64,000 nt of DNA from Methanomethylovorans hollandica DSM 15978 (GCF_000328665.1 NC_019977.1:1542011-1606010), one strand, 5' to 3'. Positions 10,200 through 20,649 are shown, counted from the stretch's first letter. Notes: generated by a model not told the origin, from the sequence alone. Translations and numbers: made by a program.

Positions 10200-10915
10200 G
10201 GTCCTCCATCGAATATCGTGGTATAGATGTTCCTGAGCTCTTCCACAGAAGCTATTTCCTGTTTTCTCATGTCCACAGCTATCTTACCGGCACTAAGTAT
10301 TATCACTCTGTCACATATAACAAATGCCCTCTCTAGGTCATGTGTGACCATCAGCACAGTGACTTTTCTGCTGTTTTCAAGAAGCATGTTATCCAGGTCA
10401 CATGCTGACCGCAGGTCCAGTCCTGTGTATGGCTCATCCATCAGGATAATATCCGGATCGTGGATAAGAGAACGTGCAATGGACAGGCGTTGCTTCATAC
10501 CTCTGGAAAGCGTGCTGACCCTGTCCATACACCGTTGTTCAAGGTGCAGCTGTTCAAGGAGCGTTTGTATCCTTACAGTAAGTTCACTTTCAGGGAGTCC
10601 GTACATCTTCCCATAAAAATGCAGATTTTCTTCCACTGTCAGATCTTCATAGAGATAACTTTCATGTGAGATGGCACCTATCTTCTTGCGTATCTCTACT
10701 GCCGATCTGCTGAGTTCCAATCCACCGATCTTAACAGAGCCATAAGAGGGTCGTACAAGGGTTTCAAGTATCTTGAGCAGTGTAGTCTTCCCTGCACCAT
10801 TAGGACCCAGGATGATAACAAACTCGCCTTGTTCTATATTCAGATCAATATCATGCAGTGCAACATGTCCTGCGAACCTTTTGGTAAGTCCCTTTACGGA
10901 GATGACGCTGCCCAT
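10196..10915 (-). CDS. ccmA: Heme ABC exporter ATP-binding protein CcmA
   Basis: GPNGAGKT, LSRGMKQR, MDEP; ATGA overlap with ccmB. Confidence 0.88.
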   Translation of the reverse strand: MGSVISVKGLTKRFAGHVALHDIDLNIEQGEFVIILGPNGAGKTTLLKILETLVRPSYGSVKIGGLELSRSAVEIRKKIGAISHESYLYEDLTVEENLHFYGKMYGLPESELTVRIQTLLEQLHLEQRCMDRVSTLSRGMKQRLSIARSLIHDPDIILMDEPYTGLDLRSACDLDNMLLENSRKVTVLMVTHDLERAFVICDRVIILSAGKIAVDMRKQEIASVEELRNIYTTIFDGGP

Positions 10916-11001
10916 GGAATAGTAAATGAAATGATACTTAGATTAATATTGTGCCACGCAGATCATTACCTGTGCACAGAACCTGAAAAGAACATAATTG
11001 T

Positions 11002-11676
11002 TCAGAAAGGTAAAAATCCACGTTTTTCTAGAATAGCCAGATTGCTGTAACCCCTGGATTCCCAGAATCCCTCATAAGACTGGTCAGTCACTTCGATATG
11101 TGTGATCCATTTTGCCCATTTATACCCATATCTGCCTTCGGCAACCAGTTGCAGGGGGAAACCTCTGTCAGACGGCAAGGTCACATTATTGAGCCTGTAT
11201 GCCAGCATTATGTCGTTCCCTCTCAGATAGTCCAGCTCTAGGGATGTGGAATAACCATCAGCACAATAGAATATCACATTTTTAGCTCCAGGTTGTAGCC
11301 CGGAATCATTGAAAATGCTGCTCAAGGTAACACCTGTCCACCTGGCATCGAATCCCCAGCCCTCCACACAATCCATGCGCACGAACCTGTCAGCGACAGG
11401 TAAAGCAAGCAGTTCCTCATATGTAAGGTTCAGAGACTTGTTTACCATTCCTGTAACCTGAAGCGTATAGGTTGCCTCGTTGATGAACTGAGTCCCTTTT
11501 ATGGCATTGTTACGCTGTTCTTTAATTGACGTAAGTTCTCTGCCAGCGAAAAAAGTATCTTCTGTTTCTGATATATTCGCTGTAGGAGTTTGTTGCGGTT
11601 CAACACAGCCAGAAACAAGCAGAAGAACAAGTAAAAATATAAAAAAGTTCATCCTGCCATGCAAAACCATTATCAC
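11002..11676 (-). CDS. Molybdopterin-dependent oxidoreductase (sulfite oxidase/MsrP-like), probable lipoprotein
   Basis: DCVEGW, WTGV, GFPLQL, YGYKWAKW, GFWESRGY; VSGC lipobox-like signal. Confidence 0.88.
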   Translation of the reverse strand: MIMVLHGRMNFFIFLLVLLLVSGCVEPQQTPTANISETEDTFFAGRELTSIKEQRNNAIKGTQFINEATYTLQVTGMVNKSLNLTYEELLALPVADRFVRMDCVEGWGFDARWTGVTLSSIFNDSGLQPGAKNVIFYCADGYSTSLELDYLRGNDIMLAYRLNNVTLPSDRGFPLQLVAEGRYGYKWAKWITHIEVTDQSYEGFWESRGYSNLAILEKRGFLPF

Positions 11677-11688
11677 TGACAGAGATGT

Positions 11689-11988
11689 TCACCTGTGCAT
11701 TTCAAGTATTTCAAGACCCTTATCAGTGAGACGATATTTTCCCTCTTCTTCTTTTACAAGCTCCTGGTGCAGAAGGTAATCGATCTGGAACTTGAAGGAT
11801 GTTTCCTGCAGATTCAAGTTCTTAAGCAGGTCTTCTTTTGAGGCACCGTAAATCCCAATTTCCTTGATGAGCTTACGCCTCACCGGATTGGAAGCAGCTC
11901 TGTTAAGCATGTCATGTTCTATTTTTTTGGCTTCACGGGGACCGGGTTTGGTCATGATTATATCTTCAAGATCGTCTTTTTCTACCAC
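11689..11988 (-). CDS. Small winged-helix (ArsR-like) protein
   Basis: NPVRRKLI...YRLTDKG; GGAGG upstream of a GTG start. Confidence 0.75.
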   Translation of the reverse strand: MVEKDDLEDIIMTKPGPREAKKIEHDMLNRAASNPVRRKLIKEIGIYGASKEDLLKNLNLQETSFKFQIDYLLHQELVKEEEGKYRLTDKGLEILEMHR

Positions 11989-12266
11989 AAAAAACCTCCT
12001 GTGACCTCTCTTTTGAAATCTATGATATTAATATGCTACGCCTGAAGAGGTTGCCCGAGGATCCGGCAAATAACTTTTGTGATATGTGAATGGGATCTTA
12101 TGACTCAAGGCATACTCCCAACTAATTTTATTGCTGAAATTTGATTTTCTTCGTTTTAGGAGAGGATATATGCTTTTTATGAAGGTTTTAGAGTCGCCAA
12201 AATCTCATAAATGCACCCCGATATCAAAAAAGCATTAATACTAAGAAGAAATAAGATACATTAGGC

Positions 12267-13052
12267 ATGCAAGAGTACGGCACCAGGGAGCAGATCTACA
12301 ATTTGCAGAACAATACGATCCAGCTTTTGCTATCTGCCCAAAATGAGGCACGTGAAAAGCTTGAACAGATCTGTCAGGGTATCAAGGTAGAAGTTCCTCT
12401 AAGCCAGAGACAATCATTGTTCCTGTTCCCGTTTGCGGATACGGTTAACCTTTCCGATTCTATCGATATAATGATCGATCGGTTCATTAACCAGATAATT
12501 CTCCTTGAAAGCATAGCAAATCCATCTTTACCTGTGGATCTCGAGGATGTTTTTTATTTTGCTAAAAAAATGCCAGTATACGATGCCTTTCAGATAGCAG
12601 AATATGTTCTGAACATGTACCTTCAAAACAATAACAATGCTCTGAAACGCATAAGAGCAGATTGTCAAAAACTTATTCCCTTAAATGGAAGCAGATTCTC
12701 TTCAGATAGTATAGAAGTGAAGAACGATACGGTAATTAATCTAAAAGCATCAGGGAATCTGCAGGATTCAACAAAATATGTTGAAAGCCTGCTGAAGATG
12801 GTCGATGTGGTCATCCATTCGGCAGAACCGCTCAAGGCCCGGGGTGCGCGGATAAGTCCCGGAGAATCGTATCTTACTGACGACATCAGGCTCTATTTCT
12901 TCAAGAACCGCAAGATCCGGCTCGTATTCAAAAAGCCGGAATATACCATAAAATTCATTACTGTCCTTCAGGCTGCGCACCGTCCGGCAAAAAATATCCA
13001 TCTCTGTGAAAAACAACAATTGTCCATTGCCAGCTATTCTTCTGTCATTTAG
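12267..13052 (+). CDS. Hypothetical protein
   Basis: 261-aa ORF with ATG start; no family recognised. Confidence 0.6.
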   Translation: MQEYGTREQIYNLQNNTIQLLLSAQNEAREKLEQICQGIKVEVPLSQRQSLFLFPFADTVNLSDSIDIMIDRFINQIILLESIANPSLPVDLEDVFYFAKKMPVYDAFQIAEYVLNMYLQNNNNALKRIRADCQKLIPLNGSRFSSDSIEVKNDTVINLKASGNLQDSTKYVESLLKMVDVVIHSAEPLKARGARISPGESYLTDDIRLYFFKNRKIRLVFKKPEYTIKFITVLQAAHRPAKNIHLCEKQQLSIASYSSVI

Positions 13053-13545
13053 CGTGTTTCATGAGCAGACCAACATGCGCCCTATATCGAAAAAATAGCC
13101 GTTGACGACAATGAACAGTATCATCTTTCACCCAGGGATGAAGCGTATCTGGAAAACATAAAAGCCGGTAATGTTAATGGGAAAGTTTTATTTGGAAACT
13201 ATGTGCTTGGCAGATCTCTAAAAATCTCAAATCCAGGAGATTTAAGAGAACTCTGTATGATTTCTGTTCTCTGTGGAGTCTTTCCACCATTGACCAGAGT
13301 TTCTGCCCTTGCTGATGATAGTGTATCATTAAGACCAATGTCATCAATATATCATTGATTTTTTATTTTTATGTACTTCTGAATGCAAATAACACAAAAT
13401 ATTGGTAGATTATTTGTCTGCTTCAATCTTTAATTATAGTTATTAACCATTTGTTTGAAACTTATGGTATTAACATCACCATCTATTGAATGCGATTTTA
13501 GCATTCATAAGTTACAAACCATCGGTGTTTAACTATAATTAATTT

Positions 13546-13569
13546 ATTGATTGATTGATTGATTGATTG
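13546..13569. repeat. (ATTG)6 microsatellite upstream of the ABC operon
   Basis: Six exact tandem copies read directly. Confidence 0.9.
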
Positions 13570-13736
13570 ACTTATTCACTAATTTATATATTCATTTATT
13601 TATTGATATTGCGCTGATTCTGCAATTAAACTTAAGAGATACATGTTATTTCATTTTAATTAATAATAAAAAACACAAAATTATTAATACTAATTCGGAG
13701 TAATAAATTCATCTTCGTGCTAGAGGAGCAATACAA

Positions 13737-14900
13737 ATGAATGCAAAAGACATATACAAAATATTTGTAATTACTTCACTGGTCATCGCTTCTACTTTTT
13801 TTGCGGGTTGTATGGATAGCTCATCGACCAGCCAGAACGTATCGAATAATAACGATACGATCACTGTAACAGATTCCCTTGGAAGAACAGTGGAAGTCCC
13901 CAAATCTCCTGGGTATGTCATATGCTCCGGTTCCGGCGCCCTTAGATATCTCACGTATCTGGAGGCCCATGACAGGATAGTTGCTGTTGACAGCATCGAA
14001 ACCGAGGGATCAAAATTCGATGCCAGACCTTATGCAATTGCAAATCCCCAGTTCAAGGAGTACCCCGTTTTCGGGGAATTCAGAGGTAATGACGATCCTG
14101 AAAAGATACTGGCACTTGACCCGCAGCCTCAGGTCATTTTCAAAATGTATTCCACATCAGGATACGATCCTGTAGAACTGCAGAAAAAGACCGGTATCCC
14201 TGTAATAGCCCTGAACTACGGCGATATGGTCAGCAATAGGGCTGACATGTACAACTCACTCCGCATAATGGGAGAGGTAATGGGTAAAGAGGACCGGGCC
14301 GAAGAGCTCATTGCCTTCTTTGACAGCACCATTGCAGACCTGAGCGAGCGCACTGCGGGTGTTCCTGAAGAAGAGAAGATCACATGTTACGTTGGCGGTA
14401 TAGCCCGCTCAGGCCCGCACGGCTTCCAGTCAACAGAGCCAACATATCCCCCATTCCTCTTCACCAATGCAAAGAACGTGGCATATGATCCTATGAACCT
14501 CACCACAGCAGAGGTTTCTAAGGAAAGCATACTTGGATGGGATCCTGACATAATATTCGTGGACCTCTCGACAACCCAGTCAGAAGACAAGTCCAGTGCT
14601 CTGTACCAGCTGCAGAACGATGTGTCGTACAGGAAGCTCACAGCAGTAAAAACAGGAGATGTTTACGGAGTGCTCCCCTACAACTGGTACACACAGAACC
14701 AGGGATCTGTGCTTGCTGATGCCTATTTTGCAGGCAAGCTCCTGTATCCTGATAGGTTTGAGGATGTGAACCTGGAGAACAAGACCATCGAGATATATAC
14801 ATTCCTGGTTGGAAGGGGCGATGAGGAAATAGGCCGCCAGGTGTATGAAAAAATGATCAACGCCTTCCCGGTTCCTGCATTCACGAAGCTTGATGTCTGA
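13737..14900 (+). CDS. Metal-chelate (FecB/BtuF-like) ABC transporter substrate-binding lipoprotein
   Basis: FAGC lipobox, TVTDSLGRTVEVP, E.I....PD.I, AVKTGDVY. Confidence 0.9.
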   Translation: MNAKDIYKIFVITSLVIASTFFAGCMDSSSTSQNVSNNNDTITVTDSLGRTVEVPKSPGYVICSGSGALRYLTYLEAHDRIVAVDSIETEGSKFDARPYAIANPQFKEYPVFGEFRGNDDPEKILALDPQPQVIFKMYSTSGYDPVELQKKTGIPVIALNYGDMVSNRADMYNSLRIMGEVMGKEDRAEELIAFFDSTIADLSERTAGVPEEEKITCYVGGIARSGPHGFQSTEPTYPPFLFTNAKNVAYDPMNLTTAEVSKESILGWDPDIIFVDLSTTQSEDKSSALYQLQNDVSYRKLTAVKTGDVYGVLPYNWYTQNQGSVLADAYFAGKLLYPDRFEDVNLENKTIEIYTFLVGRGDEEIGRQVYEKMINAFPVPAFTKLDV

Positions 14901-14924
14901 GGGAAAAATAAGAATGGTGAATAA

Positions 14925-15995
14925 ATGCGCTTCCAAGAAGGGGACATAGCTGGCAGGTATAAAGAGCATACAGCCAAAAAAAAGACATATATACTGACAG
15001 GTCTTGTGCTTTTGCTTGTGGTGGCCGTGCTTTCGATAGCCACAGGATCCGTGGATATCCCACCGCTGGATGTTGTGCGGACACTTGCTGGATACACAGT
15101 CTCGACAACATGGAACAGCATCATATGGAACGTCCGTTTACCGCAAGTCCTGACAGCCATTGTGGCTGGTGCAGGCCTGGCAGTTACAGGTGTTGTGATG
15201 CAATCCATACTGCGCAATCCCCTCGGCTCTCCTTTCACCTTAGGGATATCCAATGCTGCAGCCTTCGGCGCAGCATTCTCTGTTATAATACTGGGCTCCG
15301 GGAGCACCAGCAGCAGTGTAGGGGATGCAGTCACAATAAATAATCCCTATGTAACCACTGTAGCTGCATTTGTTTTTGCCATGCTGGTCACTATGGTCAT
15401 TCTGGGCTTCTCAAAGATAAGAGGCACCAGTCCGGAGGTCATGATCCTTGTGGGAGTGGCTATGGGGTCGCTGTTCACGGCCGGGACAATGTTCCTGCAA
15501 TACTTTGCTGATGATGTGCAACTGTCCTCCATGGTGTTCTGGACCTTTGGGGACACTGCAAGGGCAAGCTGGGAAGAGCTCGGGCTCATAACTGCCATAG
15601 TGGGTGCCTCCATGATCTATTTTACATTGAACCGCTGGAAATACAATGCTATTGATGCAGGCGATGAGACTGCCAAGGGGCTTGGAGTGAACGTTGAAAG
15701 AGTTAGGCTCTGGGGCATGTTATGGGCGTCCCTTGTCACTGCCATTATCGTGGCATTCCTGGGTGTCATAGGCTTTGTGGGACTCATCTGCCCTCACATG
15801 ACGCGACGTCTTGTCGGCGATGACCATCGTTTCCTGCTGACAGGAAGCATGGTAATGGGAGCCCTGTTGCTGCTTTGTGCCGATACCACGGCAAGGCTCA
15901 TGATCCAGCCATACCAGCTTCCTGTTGCTGTACTGACGTCTTTCCTGGGTGCGCCTACGTTCATTTACCTTATATTAAAGGGGAGAAGAATATGA
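14925..15995 (+). CDS. FecCD/BtuC-family ABC permease
   Basis: VRLPQ, LRNPLGSPFTLGIS, GDETAKGLG, GVIGFVGLICPH. Confidence 0.93.
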   Translation: MRFQEGDIAGRYKEHTAKKKTYILTGLVLLLVVAVLSIATGSVDIPPLDVVRTLAGYTVSTTWNSIIWNVRLPQVLTAIVAGAGLAVTGVVMQSILRNPLGSPFTLGISNAAAFGAAFSVIILGSGSTSSSVGDAVTINNPYVTTVAAFVFAMLVTMVILGFSKIRGTSPEVMILVGVAMGSLFTAGTMFLQYFADDVQLSSMVFWTFGDTARASWEELGLITAIVGASMIYFTLNRWKYNAIDAGDETAKGLGVNVERVRLWGMLWASLVTAIIVAFLGVIGFVGLICPHMTRRLVGDDHRFLLTGSMVMGALLLLCADTTARLMIQPYQLPVAVLTSFLGAPTFIYLILKGRRI

Positions 15996-16747
15996 TACTT
16001 GAAGTAGATGGTGTGGAATTCCAGTACAGGAGTAAAGAAGTCCTGAAAGACATAGAATTCCATCTGAAGAGAAATGAGATACTATCCATACTGGGACCTA
16101 ACGGTGTCGGAAAGACCACTCTGTTAAAGTGCATGAACGCGATCCTCAAACCCAAAAGAGGCACGATACTTATCGAAGAAGAAGATGTGCTCAAACTGGA
16201 ACAGATAGAGATAGCCCGGCGCCTGGGATATGTACCTCAGCGCTGTGAGTCTGCAAGGCTGACGGCTTTTGATGCCATTCTGCTGGGGAGAATACCGCAT
16301 ATGAAATGGAATCTCTCTACCGAAGATGTGATGCTTGTAGAAGCCACTATCAGGAAACTGCATCTTGAAGAACTGGCCTTGAGATACATTGATGAATTGA
16401 GTGGAGGAGAAATGCAAAAAGTAGGTATCGCCCGTGCAATAGCCCAGAACCCTAAACTGCTGCTGCTGGATGAACCCACAAGCAGCCTAGACTTGAAGAA
16501 CCAGCTCGAAATACTCAATATTATAAGAGAGGTTGTCAAAAAAGAGAATGTGTCAGCCATAATGACAATGCATGATTTGAACCTTGCCCTCAGATACTCG
16601 GATAAGTTTCTCTTCCTTAAGCACGGCACTATATTTGCTGCTGGTAGTGTGGAAGACATTACACCGGAAATAATCGAAGAAGTATATGGAGTACCTGTAA
16701 CTATCCAGAACTATAATGATGTGGCAGTAGTCATACCCACTGCCTGA
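15992..16747 (+). CDS. ABC transporter ATP-binding protein (FepC/BtuD-like)
   Basis: GPNGVGKT, LSGGE, LLDEPT, HDLNLA; start overlaps the permease stop. Confidence 0.93.
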   Translation: MILEVDGVEFQYRSKEVLKDIEFHLKRNEILSILGPNGVGKTTLLKCMNAILKPKRGTILIEEEDVLKLEQIEIARRLGYVPQRCESARLTAFDAILLGRIPHMKWNLSTEDVMLVEATIRKLHLEELALRYIDELSGGEMQKVGIARAIAQNPKLLLLDEPTSSLDLKNQLEILNIIREVVKKENVSAIMTMHDLNLALRYSDKFLFLKHGTIFAAGSVEDITPEIIEEVYGVPVTIQNYNDVAVVIPTA

Positions 16748-16857
16748 AACAACACCAGAGATGTGTATTGCTTGTACGATGCAAATTCCCAGAGATCAGA
16801 AGGTGATGGGGACAAGAAAGTAAAGATGGATATCAAAACCCGGATAAATGCCGGATT

Positions 16858-17694
16858 TCACTTCTTTTCCCAGCTTATCCGAACACGGGTAGAAGTTCCC
16901 TTTTCGACCAGCTGACCATTTTCCTGCACAAGAATGCTCTTCAGATGATCACGAAGGATACTTGCCTGTGTCTGTGTTTCTATCACATACCTATCCCTGT
17001 AAAAATCCATTGCCTCATCCACGGAAGAAAAATAGTTGGTATAGTCCATGGAAAAGACATGCACATCAGGAAATATCCCCATATTGTACAATACATTGTA
17101 CAGCACATCACATTTGGGGCCCGGAACATAATTCGTGCCGTAAAGAGAAGGCCACAGGGAAATTGAATGCTCTTCCCAGGGAGTGATCCCTGCGAACCAG
17201 TACAGGTATATATATTTTGAAGAAGCCTGCTCCATCTTTTGTATAGCTTCCCTTATATCGGGCATTCCCAGGGAGAACGAGGCGATGACCACATCATACG
17301 GAGCATCGAGGTCAGCCTTAACATCCAGATCCTCCCAGCGCTTGCTCACGCAATGTATGTTATTTATTCCCTGAGCTTTCATATTTTCCTTTAAGACATC
17401 CATCATTCCGGCTGCAGGCTCTACAGCAGTTACATGGGAGACTTTCTTTGCAATGGGGATGGAAAGCCTTCCAGGGCCAGATCCGATATCAAGCACTCTT
17501 GATTCAGGAGTTAGCGAAATTTCGCTGAGTGTTGAATCTGTTCTTTCAGAGTTTGTCTGTGATCTCTTCCAGAAACGTTCTGCGTTTTCCTTTTTGTTCC
17601 AGTGTGTGTTCTTATCGCCTGTCTTATCAAGTCTTTGCTGAGTGGTCATGAGTTCTTTCCATACATCATTCCAGTCAATTTTTCCGTATTCCAT
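16858..17694 (-). CDS. Class I SAM-dependent methyltransferase
   Basis: VLDIGSGPG, VTAVEP, YDVVIAS. Confidence 0.9.
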   Translation of the reverse strand: MEYGKIDWNDVWKELMTTQQRLDKTGDKNTHWNKKENAERFWKRSQTNSERTDSTLSEISLTPESRVLDIGSGPGRLSIPIAKKVSHVTAVEPAAGMMDVLKENMKAQGINNIHCVSKRWEDLDVKADLDAPYDVVIASFSLGMPDIREAIQKMEQASSKYIYLYWFAGITPWEEHSISLWPSLYGTNYVPGPKCDVLYNVLYNMGIFPDVHVFSMDYTNYFSSVDEAMDFYRDRYVIETQTQASILRDHLKSILVQENGQLVEKGTSTRVRISWEKK

Positions 17695-17716
17695 ATATGA
17701 TCCACCTGCTCCATTT

Positions 17717-17753
17717 TTGTGATATCTGTAATTGTGATATCTGTAATTGTGAT
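17717..17753. repeat. 15-bp tandem repeat TTGTGATATCTGTAA, about 2.5 copies
   Basis: Read directly in the methyltransferase/fmdE divergent intergenic region. Confidence 0.85.
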
Positions 17754-17924
17754 GTGTGTGCTCTAGAATTGATATGTAGTATTATCAGATCCGGTCCTTA
17801 CATAATCAAATGTTATATTCATTCTTACCTATCAAATATGATTAAATTCTAAAAAATATATGTATAATGGAATAACACGAAAAGTATTAAAAGTATTACC
17901 TTGTTTTTACCTGATATGATCAAC

Positions 17925-18566
17925 ATGTCATCCGAATGTTCAACTGAAAATACTGTGAAAAAGATTGCCTCTTTTGAGGATGCTGTAAGATTTCACGGGC
18001 ACGTGTGCCCGGGGCTTACTATTGGTTATATAGCTGCCAAAGCTGCAATCGAAAAACTGGATGCAGAAAGAGATGTAGATGAAGAGCTAGTGACCATTGT
18101 GGAGAACGATGCGTGTGGAGTTGATGCAGTGCAGGTCCTTACAGGATGCACTATAGGTAAAGGTAATCTCATCCATCAGGACCATGCAAAACAGGTTTTT
18201 ACTTTTATATGTAGGGACAGCGGAAAAGCTGTAAGGGTTGCCCTGAAGGCTAGTTTCAACATCGATAACATCGACCCCGAAGTGAACAAACTGCGTCCGA
18301 AAGTAATGTCCGGCACAGCCACAGGGGAAGAAAAAAAAGAATTCAGCGAGCGTATGGATGGCATATCCCAGACCATGAGGAACACGCCTGTAGAGAAAAT
18401 GTTTGACATACGGTTCGTTGATGCCAAGATCCCTCAGAAAGCAAGGATATTCAACTCCGTCCAGTGTGCCAAATGTAGAGAAATGATGGCAGAATCCAGG
18501 GCAAGGGTGCAGAACGGGGAATACGTGTGCATACCATGCTATGAGGAATATACCAGAGGATGGTAA
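17925..18566 (+). CDS. FmdE-family protein with C-terminal zinc finger
   Basis: FHGHVCPG, CGVDAVQVLTGCTIGKGN, CAKCRE...CIPC. Confidence 0.9.
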   Translation: MSSECSTENTVKKIASFEDAVRFHGHVCPGLTIGYIAAKAAIEKLDAERDVDEELVTIVENDACGVDAVQVLTGCTIGKGNLIHQDHAKQVFTFICRDSGKAVRVALKASFNIDNIDPEVNKLRPKVMSGTATGEEKKEFSERMDGISQTMRNTPVEKMFDIRFVDAKIPQKARIFNSVQCAKCREMMAESRARVQNGEYVCIPCYEEYTRGW

Positions 18567-18669
18567 GCATACAGCAGGAAGGAAAATGAATTCGACAGGT
18601 ATTTATCTAAGATACTCACACATAGGTTCGTATTATATTCGTAAAAAAGTAATAGGGAGTTAAATTCAT

Positions 18670-18846
18670 ATGGTAGTTATAGTTGATAGAAATCTTTGTA
18701 CAGGATGCGGGCAATGTATTGATACCTGTCCCGTAGAAGCGCTTTCATTGGGTTCCGATGACATTGTGGTTGCTGATGCGGACTCATGTGTTGATTGTGG
18801 ACAGTGCATAGACGTATGTCCTGTTGAAGCACTCTCACTGGACTGA
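18670..18846 (+). CDS. 2x[4Fe-4S] ferredoxin, 58 aa (not in ORF track)
   Basis: Hand translation MVVIVDRNLCTGCGQCIDTCPVEAL...CVDCGQCIDVCPVEALSLD; GGGAGT upstream. Confidence 0.93.
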   Translation: MVVIVDRNLCTGCGQCIDTCPVEALSLGSDDIVVADADSCVDCGQCIDVCPVEALSLD

Positions 18847-18955
18847 GCTCACTGCAATTTCCCTCTCATTAATTTCAGATATTAAAGAAATGTATAGTGT
18901 GTGCAGCAGTTCTAACTATGTTGGGATCAAATACATTATAGGGTGAAATGAATAT

Positions 18956-19345
18956 ATGCCTAAATCCCTTTCAAAAGGTATTATCGATAACGTTTCTGGG
19001 CCCAAGTCTGTGGATGCCTATCTTGCTGGCGTTCCGGAAGATGCGCGTGCTACGCTGATAAAGCTGCGTAAGATTATCCAGGCAACAGCGCCCAATGCAA
19101 CAGAGGGCATTAGTTACCACATACCTACCTTCAAGTACAAAGGTCCACTTGTAGCCTTTGCTGCCTTCCCTGCACACTGCAGTTTTTATGTAATGAGCCC
19201 GGCAGTCATGGAAGCTCACAGGGATGAGCTCAGATCCTATGATACTGCCAAGGGCACTATCCGCTTTCCTGTCAATAAACCTCTTCCTGCCTCGCTTGTG
19301 AAAAAGCTTGTAAAGGCACGTATCGAGGAGAACGAGAAAGCTTAA
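18956..19345 (+). CDS. DUF1801/YdhG-like protein
   Basis: VDAYLA, EGISYHIPTF, KGTIRFP...LP..LVKKLVKARI. Confidence 0.85.
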   Translation: MPKSLSKGIIDNVSGPKSVDAYLAGVPEDARATLIKLRKIIQATAPNATEGISYHIPTFKYKGPLVAFAAFPAHCSFYVMSPAVMEAHRDELRSYDTAKGTIRFPVNKPLPASLVKKLVKARIEENEKA

Positions 19346-19488
19346 CATTATTGTTGGAAAAACAATAATTTTGATCTTCAAATCATCTTTTCGTGCATCT
19401 GCAATAACCAAAGCAGTTGTTTTTGTTGTGTTTGTCTTATATACTATGCAATTCAAACGTACATTATCCATCCAAGGGGGAGTAAAGT

Positions 19489-19719
19489 ATGGCAGACAAA
19501 ACCATTAAAGCATCTGAAAATGTTCCAGGTCCGTACTATGTAGATGAAGAGTGCATAGCATGTGAATTATGTGTAAACACAGCTCCGGATTATTTCAAAA
19601 TGGCTGATGATAGGCCACAAGCATATGTTTTTAAACAACCCAAAACTGATGAGGAAAAAGATCTTTGTGAGGACGCATTAGGCGTTTGTCCTGTTGATGC
19701 CATAGGAAATGACGGATAA
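19489..19719 (+). CDS. Single-cluster ferredoxin
   Basis: YYVDEECIACELC...CPVDAIG. Confidence 0.9.
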   Translation: MADKTIKASENVPGPYYVDEECIACELCVNTAPDYFKMADDRPQAYVFKQPKTDEEKDLCEDALGVCPVDAIGNDG

Positions 19720-19909
19720 ATCCAGTGATATCATGTTAAACTAATAAGATCCCCACATTTTTCACAAACCCATTTTTTATTTTTGAGAACCATAAGTTCT
19801 TCTCCCGCAGTTCATACCTCAGGGGGCTATCACGGTCTTATCGAGAGTTAACTGATGTATTTCACCTCAGAACTTGCTAATATCCATTTTCATTACTCGC
19901 ACACAACAT

Positions 19910-20560
19910 TTATCTCATCATCAGTCTCTTAGTGGCCAATACTGCATCTGCAGCTGTTTTTGCGTATGCGTCCGCTCCTATGGCATCTGCATATTCCTGA
20001 GTAACGGGGGCACCGCTAACCAGCAATTTAGCTCTCTTCCTTTTAGTTAAACTTTCCAGCAATTCTCTGATTTCCCTGAGTCCGGACATGGATAATGTGG
20101 TCATTGCGGATGCAATGATAACATCAGCATCGTGTTCAGCTGCCTTCTGAACTATTATTTCAGCAGGCAGGTCTTTTCCCAGATCGACCACATTGAAACC
20201 TTCTACACGTAGCATGCTTGCAGCTATTTTCTTACCAAGGTCATGTATGTCATTCCTCACAGTTCCCATAATAATGGTTCCTTTATTCTCGGGTACCAGT
20301 CCGGTTCCGGAAATTTCTTCAAGGACCATTTTGGTCACATTTTCCATGATATTCGAAGACAAAATAAACTGTGCAAGGAAATATTCCTTTTCATCGAATT
20401 TCCTGCCGATTTCCACCATAGCCTCCGCTAATTTGCTCAGAAGCTTCATAGGATCATATTCACTATCCATCCATTCTCTGGCAACTTCCAGGACCTTATT
20501 CTCATTGATCTGTACAAGGGCTTCATATCCCATATCCAGGAGTTTATCTTCTTGTAACAT
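19910..20560 (-). CDS. Methyltransferase-cognate corrinoid (B12-binding) protein
   Basis: Cap domain plus DIHDLG base-off/His-on motif, SAMTT, GADAY. Confidence 0.88.
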   Translation of the reverse strand: MLQEDKLLDMGYEALVQINENKVLEVAREWMDSEYDPMKLLSKLAEAMVEIGRKFDEKEYFLAQFILSSNIMENVTKMVLEEISGTGLVPENKGTIIMGTVRNDIHDLGKKIAASMLRVEGFNVVDLGKDLPAEIIVQKAAEHDADVIIASAMTTLSMSGLREIRELLESLTKRKRAKLLVSGAPVTQEYADAIGADAYAKTAADAVLATKRLMMR

Positions 20561-20649
20561 AGATCCTGTATTTTAGGATACAGACGAATGGTAAATACTT
20601 TTTGATAGGTGTATATCCGATGTTTCCGGAAAAGCCAAAAAGTATATAT

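Noticed and set aside
13050..13064. Pyrrolysine readthrough of the TAG
   Set aside because: A TGA follows four codons later, so readthrough would add almost nothing
14387..16659. Long antisense ORFs over the ABC operon (and similar ones over lon, mtaB and the eCIS genes)
   Set aside because: Shadow frames of well-supported genes with no independent motifs
17861..17900. NikR-like operator before fmdE and the ABC operon
   Set aside because: Similarity is explained by AT-rich BRE/TATA sequence; no clean palindrome
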